Source: Myxococcales bacterium (GTDB taxonomy: Bacteria > Myxococcota_A > UBA9042). Taken from it: DNA of 47,103 bases. Positions 36,816-45,898 of this stretch are shown in pieces (within the stretch, counting starts at the first letter, position 1; each line of letters begins with the position of its first letter). Made by a program: the position numbers and the translations under genes. The stretch covers positions 1 to 47,103 of the forward strand of contig JBBISH010000039.1 of NCBI GenBank assembly GCA_037441385.1, given 5' to 3'. The notes under the pieces were generated by a model. That model was given only the letters and a program-made list of their open reading frames with translations. It had not been told where the DNA came from and ran no database searches.

Positions 36816-38306
36816 ATGACGCGGCTATGTGGCAAGTGGCAATACCTGACACCAGCACTTCTGGCGCTGCTGGTGACGTCCGCCGTCGCGATGGCTGAGC
36901 CAGGTCCGCACCACGATGGCCCCACTCGCCACGGCCCACAGTTGCAGGACGTGGGTGAGTCGATCGCCGTCCCGGCCGGCCGCGAAGCCCGCACCATGGC
37001 CCTGCTCGCCGACGTGGGCTTTGACCGTCCCGACGCCGACGGGTTGGTGTGGCGCGACATCGGCATCGAGCGCGCGCAGGTGACGTTCTACCTGACTCAG
37101 GCGGCCACCAAGCAGAAGTTGGGGCAGATCGTCCTGCGCCACCGCGACCAGGCCCAGCCGGGCGACCGCATCGGCCACGAATTCGCCTTGCAGGTCCAAA
37201 GCCTGCAGCCCGGCACCGCCGTGAGCAAGGCCCTGGACGCCGCGGCCGCCAGCATTTTGGCCCGCGACACGGGCGGTTACTTTGTGGTGGTGGGCCAGCC
37301 GTCGCTGGCGCCGCTGCTGTGGGGCGTGGCGGCAGCGATGGCGCTGTGGGCGGCGGCGCTGCTGGCGTGGCTGGCGCGAACGCGCGGCTGGGATCGCGTG
37401 CGGCTGCGCTTCAAGCCCACCCACCTGCTGCCGGCGCTGATCCAGGTCGTCCTCTACGGCTACTGGGCCAGCCAGGTGGCCGAAGTGTCGGATCAGCTGC
37501 CCAGAATTGCCCTGCAGCTCGGCTTCGCGTTTGCCCTCGACGCCCTGCTGGGCCTGACCCTGCAGCGCCACTGGGACCTGACTTTTGGGCCGATTCCCGT
37601 GGTGCTGTCGACCAACTTGTTCGTGTGGTTCCCGCCCGGCGCCTTTCACCTGTCGCTGGCGGTGATTGCGCTCGCGCTGGGGGCCAAGTGGCTGCTCCGG
37701 CGCCAGGGGCGGCACATTTTCAACCCGTCGGCTTTTGGCATCGCCGTAGTGGGCACGGTGTGCCTGCTGCTGCCCAACCTGGCGCGTTTCCAAGACATTG
37801 CCCACCTGATCAGCGAGCCGCCGGCGATGCTGCCGCTCCTGGTCGGCTTGGGCCTGATCGCCCAGGTGCGCGTGCCGGTGGTGCTCATCACCCTGTCTTC
37901 CGCCGTGGTTCTGCTGGGTTTGAAGGCCGTTGGGGCCTACCATGTCGTCTATCCGTTCTGGCCGGCGATCCTGCTGGCGCTGACGCTGCTGGCGACCGAT
38001 CCGGCGACGATCCCCCAGTCCGGCCTGGGCAAGCTGTTGTACGGCCTATGTTTTGGCGTGCTGTTGTGGGCGATGTCGGCCGGCCTGACCTGGCTGGGCG
38101 AGAGCGACTTCTTTGGCAAGGTGCTGCCCCTGCCGGTGGTGAACCTGCTGGTCCCGCACTTTGACCGGGCCGCCGCGGCGGTCAATGGCAAACTTGCCCA
38201 GCTTCCCAAGGGCCTGCGCTGGCTTGCGACGTGTCTGGATGCCAGCTGGAACCTGGCGCATGTGGCGCTTTGGTTGGGGTTGGCGGGCGTGTACATCCTG
38301 AGCTAG
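36816..38306 (+). CDS. Integral membrane protein with an RnfD/NqrB-like domain and an N-terminal soluble domain
   Basis: Many hydrophobic segments; motifs KWLLR...HIFNPSAFG, TDPATIP, GKLLYG. Start ATG 36816 is inferred from a following signal-like segment. Confidence 0.65.
   Translation: MTRLCGKWQYLTPALLALLVTSAVAMAEPGPHHDGPTRHGPQLQDVGESIAVPAGREARTMALLADVGFDRPDADGLVWRDIGIERAQVTFYLTQAATKQKLGQIVLRHRDQAQPGDRIGHEFALQVQSLQPGTAVSKALDAAAASILARDTGGYFVVVGQPSLAPLLWGVAAAMALWAAALLAWLARTRGWDRVRLRFKPTHLLPALIQVVLYGYWASQVAEVSDQLPRIALQLGFAFALDALLGLTLQRHWDLTFGPIPVVLSTNLFVWFPPGAFHLSLAVIALALGAKWLLRRQGRHIFNPSAFGIAVVGTVCLLLPNLARFQDIAHLISEPPAMLPLLVGLGLIAQVRVPVVLITLSSAVVLLGLKAVGAYHVVYPFWPAILLALTLLATDPATIPQSGLGKLLYGLCFGVLLWAMSAGLTWLGESDFFGKVLPLPVVNLLVPHFDRAAAAVNGKLAQLPKGLRWLATCLDASWNLAHVALWLGLAGVYILS
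36825..36853 (-). repeat. 29-bp inverted repeat, right copy
   Basis: CTATGTGGCAAGTGGCAATACCTGACACC is the exact reverse complement of 31908-31936. Confidence 0.95.
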
Positions 38307-39775
38307 CTGCAGACCGGGGCGTGGCATTTGCCATCGGCGTCGCTGCAGGTCAGACCAGTGGCGCAGCCGCCGTTGCAGGGCTGGCCCTCGCCCGCGGGCT
38401 TGGCACAGGTGTTGTCCGTGCCGCAGACCAGACCGGGCGCGCAGGGGTTCATCGACATGGCCGAGCAGGGCTGGCCCAAGCCCGGTGGGTCGGCGCAGAC
38501 CTTGTCGACACACACGGCTTGGCCCAGACAGGCGAACACTTCACCCTTGGTGATGTCGGCGGGTTGGCACGCCTCGCCCTTGACCGGCAAGAGCGCGCAG
38601 ACGGCCGCGGCGCCAGTGCCTTTGCAGTGCATGTCGATGCCGTAGCATTGCCCAACCTGGCACGCCTCGCCCGGGCCGGCCGACTTGACGCACGTGCCGC
38701 TGGTGCCGCTGCCGGCGCAAGTGTAGCCCTTGACGCACTTGGCGCCGCCCATGCCAAAGTTGCTGCAGGCTTGGCCGGCGGTGGCCAGAGCCTTGCAGGT
38801 CGGTTGCGCCACGCTGGCGTCGCAGTACAGGCCGTTGGCGCACGCCAGGTCGCTGCTGCAGGCGGCGCCCAGGGCGACTTTGGCCGCGCAGACGCCCGCG
38901 CTGCCTTCGGACACCGTCTGGCACCACAGGTCCGCCTTGCAGTCCTGGTCGCCCGAGCACGGGCCGCCCACGGCTTTGGGGGCACTGTCCACGCAGGTGC
39001 CGCCCAGGCACTTGTTGCCCGGAGCGCACTTGTCGCCCGCCTGGCAGGCCGCGCCGGCAGCCTTGACGGCGGTGCAGACCGTTGGGCAGCCCTCGACCGC
39101 CGAGGCACAGTTCTGCGACACGCATTCGATGTCGACCTTGCACGCTTTGCCGTCGGCGATGGTGCCGGTAAAGGTCTTGATGCAGTCGGGGTAGCCGCTG
39201 ATGTCGCCGCCGAGCAGGCAGGTGGAGGTCGCCTGGGCCAGGCATTTGCCCGCGGCAACGTCGTCGTACTTGGCCGATCCGCCTTGGACTGCCGCGACCA
39301 TCGTCGCGAAATCCTTGGAGCCCGACGATTCGAGCAGGGCGACGCATCCTTGGACCGTCGCAAAGCTCAAGTCCGACCCCGCCACGCCGCATTCGACCAT
39401 GGTCTGGCAGGTGCCTTGGACAAAGGCCTTGGTGAAGTTTTCGATGGCGATCGGTGCGCCGTTGTAGGGTTTCGGGCCGGCGTCGGTGCCGCTCGTGTCG
39501 CCTGTGCTCGTGTCGCCGGGCTGAGTGTCGCTGCCCGCCGTGTCGTTGCCGGTCGAGGTGGTGTCGCTGTCGGTGGCGCTGGCGTCGGGGCCTTTGCTGG
39601 TATCGGCCAGCGTGTCGCCGCCCGCTTTGCTGTCGGCGGCGCTGGTGTCCAAGCTGGTGCTGTCCAAGGTAGCGTCGCTGCTGCCGTTCTGCGACGTGCC
39701 ACCGTTGCTGCTAGACTGGGAACAGCCGGCAATTGCCCACGAGATCAGACCAAAAACCACTACAAACCGACGCAT
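38303..39775 (-). CDS. Cys-rich lipoprotein (GxxC...C..GLxC repeats)
   Basis: Lipobox IAGC, D/T/S-rich linker, repeated GxxCxxxxxCxxGLxC modules typical of myxobacterial lipoproteins. Confidence 0.8.
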   Translation of the reverse strand: MRRFVVVFGLISWAIAGCSQSSSNGGTSQNGSSDATLDSTSLDTSAADSKAGGDTLADTSKGPDASATDSDTTSTGNDTAGSDTQPGDTSTGDTSGTDAGPKPYNGAPIAIENFTKAFVQGTCQTMVECGVAGSDLSFATVQGCVALLESSGSKDFATMVAAVQGGSAKYDDVAAGKCLAQATSTCLLGGDISGYPDCIKTFTGTIADGKACKVDIECVSQNCASAVEGCPTVCTAVKAAGAACQAGDKCAPGNKCLGGTCVDSAPKAVGGPCSGDQDCKADLWCQTVSEGSAGVCAAKVALGAACSSDLACANGLYCDASVAQPTCKALATAGQACSNFGMGGAKCVKGYTCAGSGTSGTCVKSAGPGEACQVGQCYGIDMHCKGTGAAAVCALLPVKGEACQPADITKGEVFACLGQAVCVDKVCADPPGLGQPCSAMSMNPCAPGLVCGTDNTCAKPAGEGQPCNGGCATGLTCSDADGKCHAPVCS

Positions 39776-39948
39776 CGCATCACCTGGGCCGCATGGTTGC
39801 GGTGGAAGGAGTGTCTCATTGTTTTTGAGTTCGAATCAAGGGATCGTCGCCGTCCTCGCTGGACAAGCCCCCGGCCACGCTCGCGTTGACCCCCTGTCTG
39901 CGGCGGCGTACCCTCCCAGAGCGGCGGTCTTGTCGCTTTGCGGTGCCA

Positions 39949-40884
39949 ATGTCCATCGAAGTCCGCGGGTTGGGCAAGTCCTTCGCCACCGGCGCCGTGG
40001 CGCTGCAGGGCATCGACCTCGACATCGCCCAAGGCACGCTGTTCGGCCTGCTGGGGCCCAATGGCGCCGGCAAGACGACGATGGTCCGCGTGCTCAATGG
40101 CATCCTGGCGGCCACCACCGGGGGTGCGCGCATCTTTGGTCGCGACCTTGCCGGAGATCCAGCCGAAATTCATCGCATCTGCGGCGTGATGACCGAGACG
40201 GCGGCGCCCTACGAGGCCCTGACCGGCCGCGAAAACCTGGAGCTGTTTGGTCGGCTGCACGGCCTGGCGCCTGCCGAGGTGGCCGCCCGTTCGGGCGAAT
40301 TGCTACGCGTTTTGGACCTGGACGAGCACCGCGACAAGCGCGTCAAGCACTACAGCACCGGCATGAAGCGCCGGCTGCTCATCGCCCGCGCGCTGCTGCA
40401 CCGGCCGCAGATCCTGTACCTGGACGAGCCGACTTCCGGCCTGGATCCCGAGGCGGCCTTGCAGGTCAACCAGTTGCTCGGCCATCTCGCGCGCCGCGAC
40501 GGCGTGACCGTGGTGCTCTGCACCCACCAGCTCAAGTACGCCGAAAGCCTGTGTACTCACTTTGGTTTCTTGGACCACGGTCGGCTGTTGGCCAATGGGA
40601 CGCTGGCCGAGTTGCTGCGTCAGCACCAGGCGGCGCCGGTGCTCGAGCTGCGCGGCCCGAACCTGCACGCGCACGCAGACGCCCTGGGCGGCACGTGGCA
40701 AGACCACGACCACCTGAACGTGCCGGTGCAAGACGAGACCGAAGTCCCGGCTCTTTTGCGTCGTCTGCTCGCGGCCGGGGCCGACGTGTACGAAGCGCGG
40801 CTGCGGCAGTGGAGCCTGGAAGACCTGTACTTTGCCGTGGTGGCCAAGCACCGCCCGGCGCCGAGTGCTACCGGATCCGCATAG
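39949..40884 (+). CDS. ABC transporter ATP-binding protein (ABC-2 exporter type)
   Basis: Walker A GPNGAGKT, signature YSTGM, Walker B LYLDEPTSGLD, H-loop. Start placed at MSIEVRGL. Confidence 0.93.
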   Translation: MSIEVRGLGKSFATGAVALQGIDLDIAQGTLFGLLGPNGAGKTTMVRVLNGILAATTGGARIFGRDLAGDPAEIHRICGVMTETAAPYEALTGRENLELFGRLHGLAPAEVAARSGELLRVLDLDEHRDKRVKHYSTGMKRRLLIARALLHRPQILYLDEPTSGLDPEAALQVNQLLGHLARRDGVTVVLCTHQLKYAESLCTHFGFLDHGRLLANGTLAELLRQHQAAPVLELRGPNLHAHADALGGTWQDHDHLNVPVQDETEVPALLRRLLAAGADVYEARLRQWSLEDLYFAVVAKHRPAPSATGSA

Positions 40885-40896
40885 GGGGGCTAGGCG

Positions 40897-41706
40897 ATGG
40901 CGCTGTTCAACCGTTGGCTGACCCCGGCCGAGCAGGCAATGCTCGTCAAAGACGCCCGTCAGGCCGCGGGCGACAAGCGCATTTTGGTGCCGATGTTGAT
41001 CGTGCCCGCGATCTTGGTGGTCGTGCTGCCGGTTCTCCTGTTTGTGGGCCTGCACCTGGGCAGCGAGCAACTGGAACACAGCCGGGCCGGGCTGCTTTTG
41101 AAGATCGCCCAGTTGAACCCGCAGGCGGGGCGCGCGCAGCTCGTGGTCGAGATGGTGGTCAACTACCTGTACCCCGTACAGTTCCTCCTGGTACCGGTGA
41201 TGGCCGCCAGCGTCATGGCCGCCAGCAGCTTTGTGGGCGAGAAGGAGCACAAGACTTTTGAGTCCTTGCTCTACACCCCCCTCACCGTCGGCCAGCTCTA
41301 CCGCGCCAAGGTGCTTGGCGCCTTTGTGATCGCCTATGCCATCGCCTTGGCCTCGTTCGCGGTCTTTGGTGTGGTCGTCAATGTGGGCAGCTACCTGGAA
41401 TTTGGCGCGATCATCTTCCCCAACCTGCGGTGGATGTTGCTGATTCTTTGGGTGACGCCGGCGATTTCGGTGCTATGCATTTGCCTCATGGTGTGGGTTT
41501 CGGCGCGGGCGCAGAGCTACCAAGAGGCGCAGCAGTGGTCGCTCTTTGTCGTGCTTCCCATCGTGATGGCGATGGTCGGCCAGACCAGCGGCGCGGTGAT
41601 GCTGAGTGAATGGCTGCTCGTCGCCGCGGGTGCTGGGCTGTTTGCCCTCGATTTCGTGTTGTTGGGGCGGGCTTTGCGCAAGGTCCGCCCGGAAACGCTG
41701 CTGTAG
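40897..41706 (+). CDS. ABC-2 type transporter permease
   Basis: About six TM segments, SFVGEKEHKTFESLLYTPL motif, follows the ATPase gene. Confidence 0.9.
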   Translation: MALFNRWLTPAEQAMLVKDARQAAGDKRILVPMLIVPAILVVVLPVLLFVGLHLGSEQLEHSRAGLLLKIAQLNPQAGRAQLVVEMVVNYLYPVQFLLVPVMAASVMAASSFVGEKEHKTFESLLYTPLTVGQLYRAKVLGAFVIAYAIALASFAVFGVVVNVGSYLEFGAIIFPNLRWMLLILWVTPAISVLCICLMVWVSARAQSYQEAQQWSLFVVLPIVMAMVGQTSGAVMLSEWLLVAAGAGLFALDFVLLGRALRKVRPETLL

Positions 41707-41884
41707 TGCGGAATCCGTTTGGATCGAGCTGAATTCGCCGGCATTCCCTGGGTCCTTGGCCGGTTGGCTATCCCTGCGGCGGGCAGAAAGTCGACCGCGC
41801 CCGCGCTGCTCCCCGTTCGGCCCGCTCCCCTTCCCAATCGCCTGCCGAGATCACTTTTTGCAGTTGCACGACAGGTGCGACGAC

Positions 41885-41956
41885 ATACGTTTGTATAGTC
41901 ACGTGTTTACGTGACGTGTCTGATGAAAAAGCGTGCGAAAAGCGAAATTATTTCGC
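41885..41956. promoter_or_regulatory. AT-rich promoter-like region with palindromes upstream of the ParB-like gene
   Basis: GTCACGT-GTTT-ACGTGAC (41898-41915) and GCGAAAT-T-ATTTCGC (41942-41956) inside a locally AT-rich tract. Confidence 0.45.
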
Positions 41957-42063
41957 GAGCGCGTTGGCCAAGGGCAACTATCCCCCTGGAATCGGCCAGG
42001 GTTTTGACACCCCGCGCCGCCCAGCTACCATCCCTGCGGCCGCTGCCCGGCCCCGAGGTTGCC

Positions 42064-42966
42064 ATGGCTGTCAAAGCTGCGCCCGCTCCCGCCGTGTTGG
42101 CCCACCTGCCGCTGAACCTCATCGTGCCGGACCCGGCCCAGGCTCGCCGGGCGATTGACCCCGAGGGCGTGGCCGAACTGGCTGCAAGTATTGCCAGTGT
42201 TGGCCTGATTCACCCGGTGGCGGTGCGGCAACAGCTAGACGGCAGCTATGTGCTGGTGGCGGGCGAGCGGCGCTGGCGGTCGTACCAGCTCCTGGCCGAG
42301 AGCGACCCCAAATTCGCCACGATTCCGGCGATGGTCCAAGCCCGCACCGATGCTGAGGCCCGCCGCGCCGGCTTGGTCGAAAATGTGGTGCGCCAGGACC
42401 TGAACCCCATCGAGCGGGCCGAGGCCCTGCACGCGCTCAAGGGCGCGCTGCACACCAATTGGGCCGGCGTGGCCCGCCTGACGGGCCTGGGTGCGCGGCG
42501 CGTGCAGCAGTTGGCCGGTCTGACCAGCCTGCGCCGCGAAGTGCGGACGGCGCTGCGCGACGGGGCGCTGACCGAGGCGCAAGCGCGAGCGCTGCAGCAT
42601 CTGGGCAAGTCGGCGGGCGCGCTGCTGCTGCTGGAGTACTTGCTGGCTAACCCGGACACCTCGCCCGAGACCGCCCTGGAATTGGCCCGGCTCATGAAGC
42701 GCAATCCCGGTTTGACCCCGTATTCGGCGCTGGAACTGCGCGCCGCCGACCACCCTGCGGCGCAGCTGCCGCCCCTGCCCACGCCGCTGGACCAGACCGA
42801 GACGGGCAGGCTGGTTGCGGCCTTGCGCGGTGTGCTGCGCAAGCTGGACACGCTGGGCGATGACCCGGGCGCGGCGGCCTGGGAAGTGCTAGACTTGGCG
42901 CGCGCCGTGGGCCAGAAGGCCGAGGAACTGCACGCGGTCTGGCTGGCCGACACCGCCATCGAGTAG
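42064..42966 (+). CDS. ParB/Spo0J-family protein (no adjacent parA)
   Basis: GAGG RBS and ATG 42064. PDPAQARR, LAASIASVGLIHPV, AGERRWRS, ENVVRQDLNPIERA, followed by an HTH-like segment. Confidence 0.88.
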   Translation: MAVKAAPAPAVLAHLPLNLIVPDPAQARRAIDPEGVAELAASIASVGLIHPVAVRQQLDGSYVLVAGERRWRSYQLLAESDPKFATIPAMVQARTDAEARRAGLVENVVRQDLNPIERAEALHALKGALHTNWAGVARLTGLGARRVQQLAGLTSLRREVRTALRDGALTEAQARALQHLGKSAGALLLLEYLLANPDTSPETALELARLMKRNPGLTPYSALELRAADHPAAQLPPLPTPLDQTETGRLVAALRGVLRKLDTLGDDPGAAAWEVLDLARAVGQKAEELHAVWLADTAIE

Positions 42967-42969
42967 GTT

Positions 42970-45261
42970 TTGAAACAACTATCCCATCTCCTTTTCTCGC
43001 TCCTCGCCGTCGTCTTGCTCGTTGGCCTGACCCCAAGGCCAGCGCGGGCGGGCGGGCGCGGCGAGCCCGGTCAATTCCAGCGGATGGCCACGATCACGCT
43101 GGCGAATTTGCCGCCCCTCGACATCCGCAAGCCGCGGCGCAGCCCGGGGCCGCCCCGCGACATCGAACGGGCTGAAGCCGCGCAGGCCAGTCCGTCAGCC
43201 CGTTTGCCCCTGCCGCCGCGCAGTCCGCCGGCCCCGCGCAAGCTGGGCGAGACCCGCGCCGACGGTCCGCCGGCTCGCATCGCGACGCTGTTTACGGCGC
43301 AAACCCGCAGCGACTATCCCATCGGTCCGCCGGACACCACCGGCGCAGTGGGCAAGAACCACCTGATCACCGGCACCAACATCGCCATCTCGGTGCACGA
43401 TCGCACGGGCAAGACGCTGAAGATCGTGGATATCAACGACTTCTGGCAGCCTCTGGCCGGCGACAACAGCTACTGCGGCGACCCGCGCTTTGTCTACGAT
43501 CCGCTGGCCGATCGCTTCTACTCGGTGGTGATGGCGCTGGGCTACCAAGACCACAAGGTGCGGTTGCTGTTGGCGCACAGCAGCACGGGCGACCCCAGCG
43601 GCGAGTGGCAGCAAGTGGAACTGCCGATGCCGGCGACGCATTCCATCGATCAGCCGTTGCTCGGGTTTTCGGCGAACCGGGTGGTGGTGCAAGCCAACGA
43701 CTTCGTCGGCACGCTGGACAAGCCCACCGGCGCGGCGGTGCGGACGCGCATCTATAGCATCGACAAGGCGGATTTGCTGGCGGGCGGGCAGGGCAAGCTG
43801 GTCAGTTGGGCCAATCAGGGCATGGGTCTGTCGAACGCGCCTGCGCAGACCTGGGACCCACAAGTAACCGACAGTTATCTGGTTTCGAGCAGCGGCACCG
43901 CCAACCTGCGCCTGCTGCGCATCTCGGGCCCGCTGGGGCAAGACGAACTCGACGACCTGGGCACCTGGCAGACCGACGCCAAGGGCAGCCCCTACCTGTC
44001 CAACAGCAATGTCGGCGGGCAGCTGGGCAGCGACGTGTTCATCGACGTGGGCGACGGCCGCACCCACGACACCATCTTGCGCAACGGCACGCTTTGGTTC
44101 GCCTATGCGCTGTTCCAGCACAAGGCCGGTCCGGACCGCGCGCTGGTGGTCTGGCAGCAGGTGAGCCTGCAGGGCGAGGTGCTGCAAGATGGCGTGGTGA
44201 CTGAGGAAGCCTCGCTCACCCACCCGTCGGTGGCGGTGGACGCCAAGGGCAACGTCTTGGTGGGCTTTTCGCGGATGACCACCGACGGCTTTGCCAGCGC
44301 CGCCTTTGCCTACCACCGCGCCGACATGCCGCCCGGCAGCACGCTGGCGCCGCAAGTGGCGGTAGCGGGGCGCGGCCAATACGACCTGCAGTTTGAGCCG
44401 TGGGGCAACCGCTGGGGCGACTACAGCGCCGTGGTCATCGACCCGCTGAACGACCACTTGTGGTGCGCGCAAGAGTTTGCCCAGGCGCCCGACGACAACG
44501 GCAACGGCGTCTGGGGCGTCGCCTGGGCCGAAGTCACGCCCGAAGTCCCCACCTGCGCCAGCGACGCCGACTGTCCTGCGATGCAGTTTTGCGACAGCGG
44601 CCTGTGCGCTGCCGACCTGATCCCTGGCAGCGCCTGCGACAGCGTAAGTACTTGCGCCACCGGGCAATGTCTGCAGGGCGTGTGCTGCGCGGCGGCCTGC
44701 AACGGGACCTGCCAGCGCTGCCTGACCCTTGCCGTGGCCGAAGCCGGCGTGACCCCAGGACTCTGCGTGGCCGCGCCCGCCAAGACCACCTGCGACGACA
44801 ACGATCCGTGCACCGCGGCCAGCATGTGCAGCGGCAGCAAGTGCGTCAAAGTCGGGGCGCTTTGCGACGATGGCAACCCCTGCACCCTGGACCACTGCGG
44901 CAAGGGCGGATGCAGCCACGACAACCTCATCACCGCTTGCTCGGACGGCAGCGCCTGCACCGTGGGCGACGAGTGCGTTGGCGGCACGTGCAAGGCCGGA
45001 CCACCGGTCACCTGCACGGCCGACCCGGACTTGTGCCAGGCGACCGCGAGCTGCCACCCGCTCATGGGTTGCCAATTCACCACTGCGACTGACGGGACCG
45101 CCTGTGGCGACGGGACCTGCTCGGGTGGCGTGTGCGAGCCCAGCCTGGGCGGCCGCCGGCCCAGCGGTTGTGCGAGCGGGCAGGGCGCCCCTTGGCCCGC
45201 GGTCGCCTCCATCTTGGCGGCCCTGGCGCTCCTCTGGCGGCGGCGCACGCGCTCAGCTTGA
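42970..45261 (+). CDS. Secreted protein with PPD...RWGDY beta-rich domain, Cys repeats and MYXO-CTERM-like anchor
   Basis: TTG start and signal peptide. PPDTTGAVG, GDPRFVYD, RWGDYS, CDDGNPCT repeats. C-terminus SGCASG...AVASILAALALLWRRR. Confidence 0.8.
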   Translation: MKQLSHLLFSLLAVVLLVGLTPRPARAGGRGEPGQFQRMATITLANLPPLDIRKPRRSPGPPRDIERAEAAQASPSARLPLPPRSPPAPRKLGETRADGPPARIATLFTAQTRSDYPIGPPDTTGAVGKNHLITGTNIAISVHDRTGKTLKIVDINDFWQPLAGDNSYCGDPRFVYDPLADRFYSVVMALGYQDHKVRLLLAHSSTGDPSGEWQQVELPMPATHSIDQPLLGFSANRVVVQANDFVGTLDKPTGAAVRTRIYSIDKADLLAGGQGKLVSWANQGMGLSNAPAQTWDPQVTDSYLVSSSGTANLRLLRISGPLGQDELDDLGTWQTDAKGSPYLSNSNVGGQLGSDVFIDVGDGRTHDTILRNGTLWFAYALFQHKAGPDRALVVWQQVSLQGEVLQDGVVTEEASLTHPSVAVDAKGNVLVGFSRMTTDGFASAAFAYHRADMPPGSTLAPQVAVAGRGQYDLQFEPWGNRWGDYSAVVIDPLNDHLWCAQEFAQAPDDNGNGVWGVAWAEVTPEVPTCASDADCPAMQFCDSGLCAADLIPGSACDSVSTCATGQCLQGVCCAAACNGTCQRCLTLAVAEAGVTPGLCVAAPAKTTCDDNDPCTAASMCSGSKCVKVGALCDDGNPCTLDHCGKGGCSHDNLITACSDGSACTVGDECVGGTCKAGPPVTCTADPDLCQATASCHPLMGCQFTTATDGTACGDGTCSGGVCEPSLGGRRPSGCASGQGAPWPAVASILAALALLWRRRTRSA

Positions 45262-45348
45262 CCCAGCGATCCTACAGCCTACCTTGCCGGCGAACGACCG
45301 CGACCCGCGGCCTGGCGCGTCCCCATCCGCCGCGCCCGCAGGTGTATC

Positions 45349-45828
45349 ATGGCGGAATCCACCCAAGAGGCAGTCTGTTGCGAGCCCTTTGACGCGGCTC
45401 GTTGGCAGGAGCGCGAGTGGTCCTGGCACGGCAAGCTGTTCGCCCGCGACCACGTGCGCAGCGTTTTCCACATTCCCCTCAATTTCGGCGCGGTGATGAC
45501 CCGCAACATGGGCAAGATCCACACCGAGCACGCCGAGACGCCCGACCACTTGGTGCTCGCGGACGAGACCGGGCTATTCCGCACCGATTTGCTGTTCGAG
45601 GTCAGCAAGGACCTGCCGGGCAGCGAGATGGTCCGCCTGACGGGCGACTACGTGGCGCAGGCGTACGAAGGGCCGTACAACGAGATCCCGAACTTTGTCA
45701 AAGCCACCCAGAAACTGGTGGCCGACCGCGGCAAGTCGCTGGAGCACCTGTATTTCTACTACCCGCTGTGCCCCAAGTGTGCCGAGAAATTCGGCAAGAA
45801 CTACGTGGTGGTGGTGGCGCAGACGTAG
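45349..45828 (+). CDS. Conserved small protein, GyrI-like/'bacterial hydrolase' type, with C-terminal CPKC
   Basis: N-terminal CCEPFD, YEGPYN, and C-terminal YFYYPLCPKCAEKFGKNYVV. AGGTG RBS. Confidence 0.7.
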   Translation: MAESTQEAVCCEPFDAARWQEREWSWHGKLFARDHVRSVFHIPLNFGAVMTRNMGKIHTEHAETPDHLVLADETGLFRTDLLFEVSKDLPGSEMVRLTGDYVAQAYEGPYNEIPNFVKATQKLVADRGKSLEHLYFYYPLCPKCAEKFGKNYVVVVAQT

Positions 45829-45898
45829 CCCTTTGCACGGTTCCGCGGTTCGGGCACGATGGCGCAGCCAGGGCGGCCGACCCTGCATGGGAGTGGAC

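Noticed and set aside
3927..45898. Upstream-extended starts in the ORF track (5297, 5249, 11469, 21078, 21637, 30405, 37066, 36633, 39886, 41911, 45695)
   Set aside because: The extensions overlap neighbouring genes or lack family similarity. Downstream starts have an RBS, a signal peptide or the family N-terminus.
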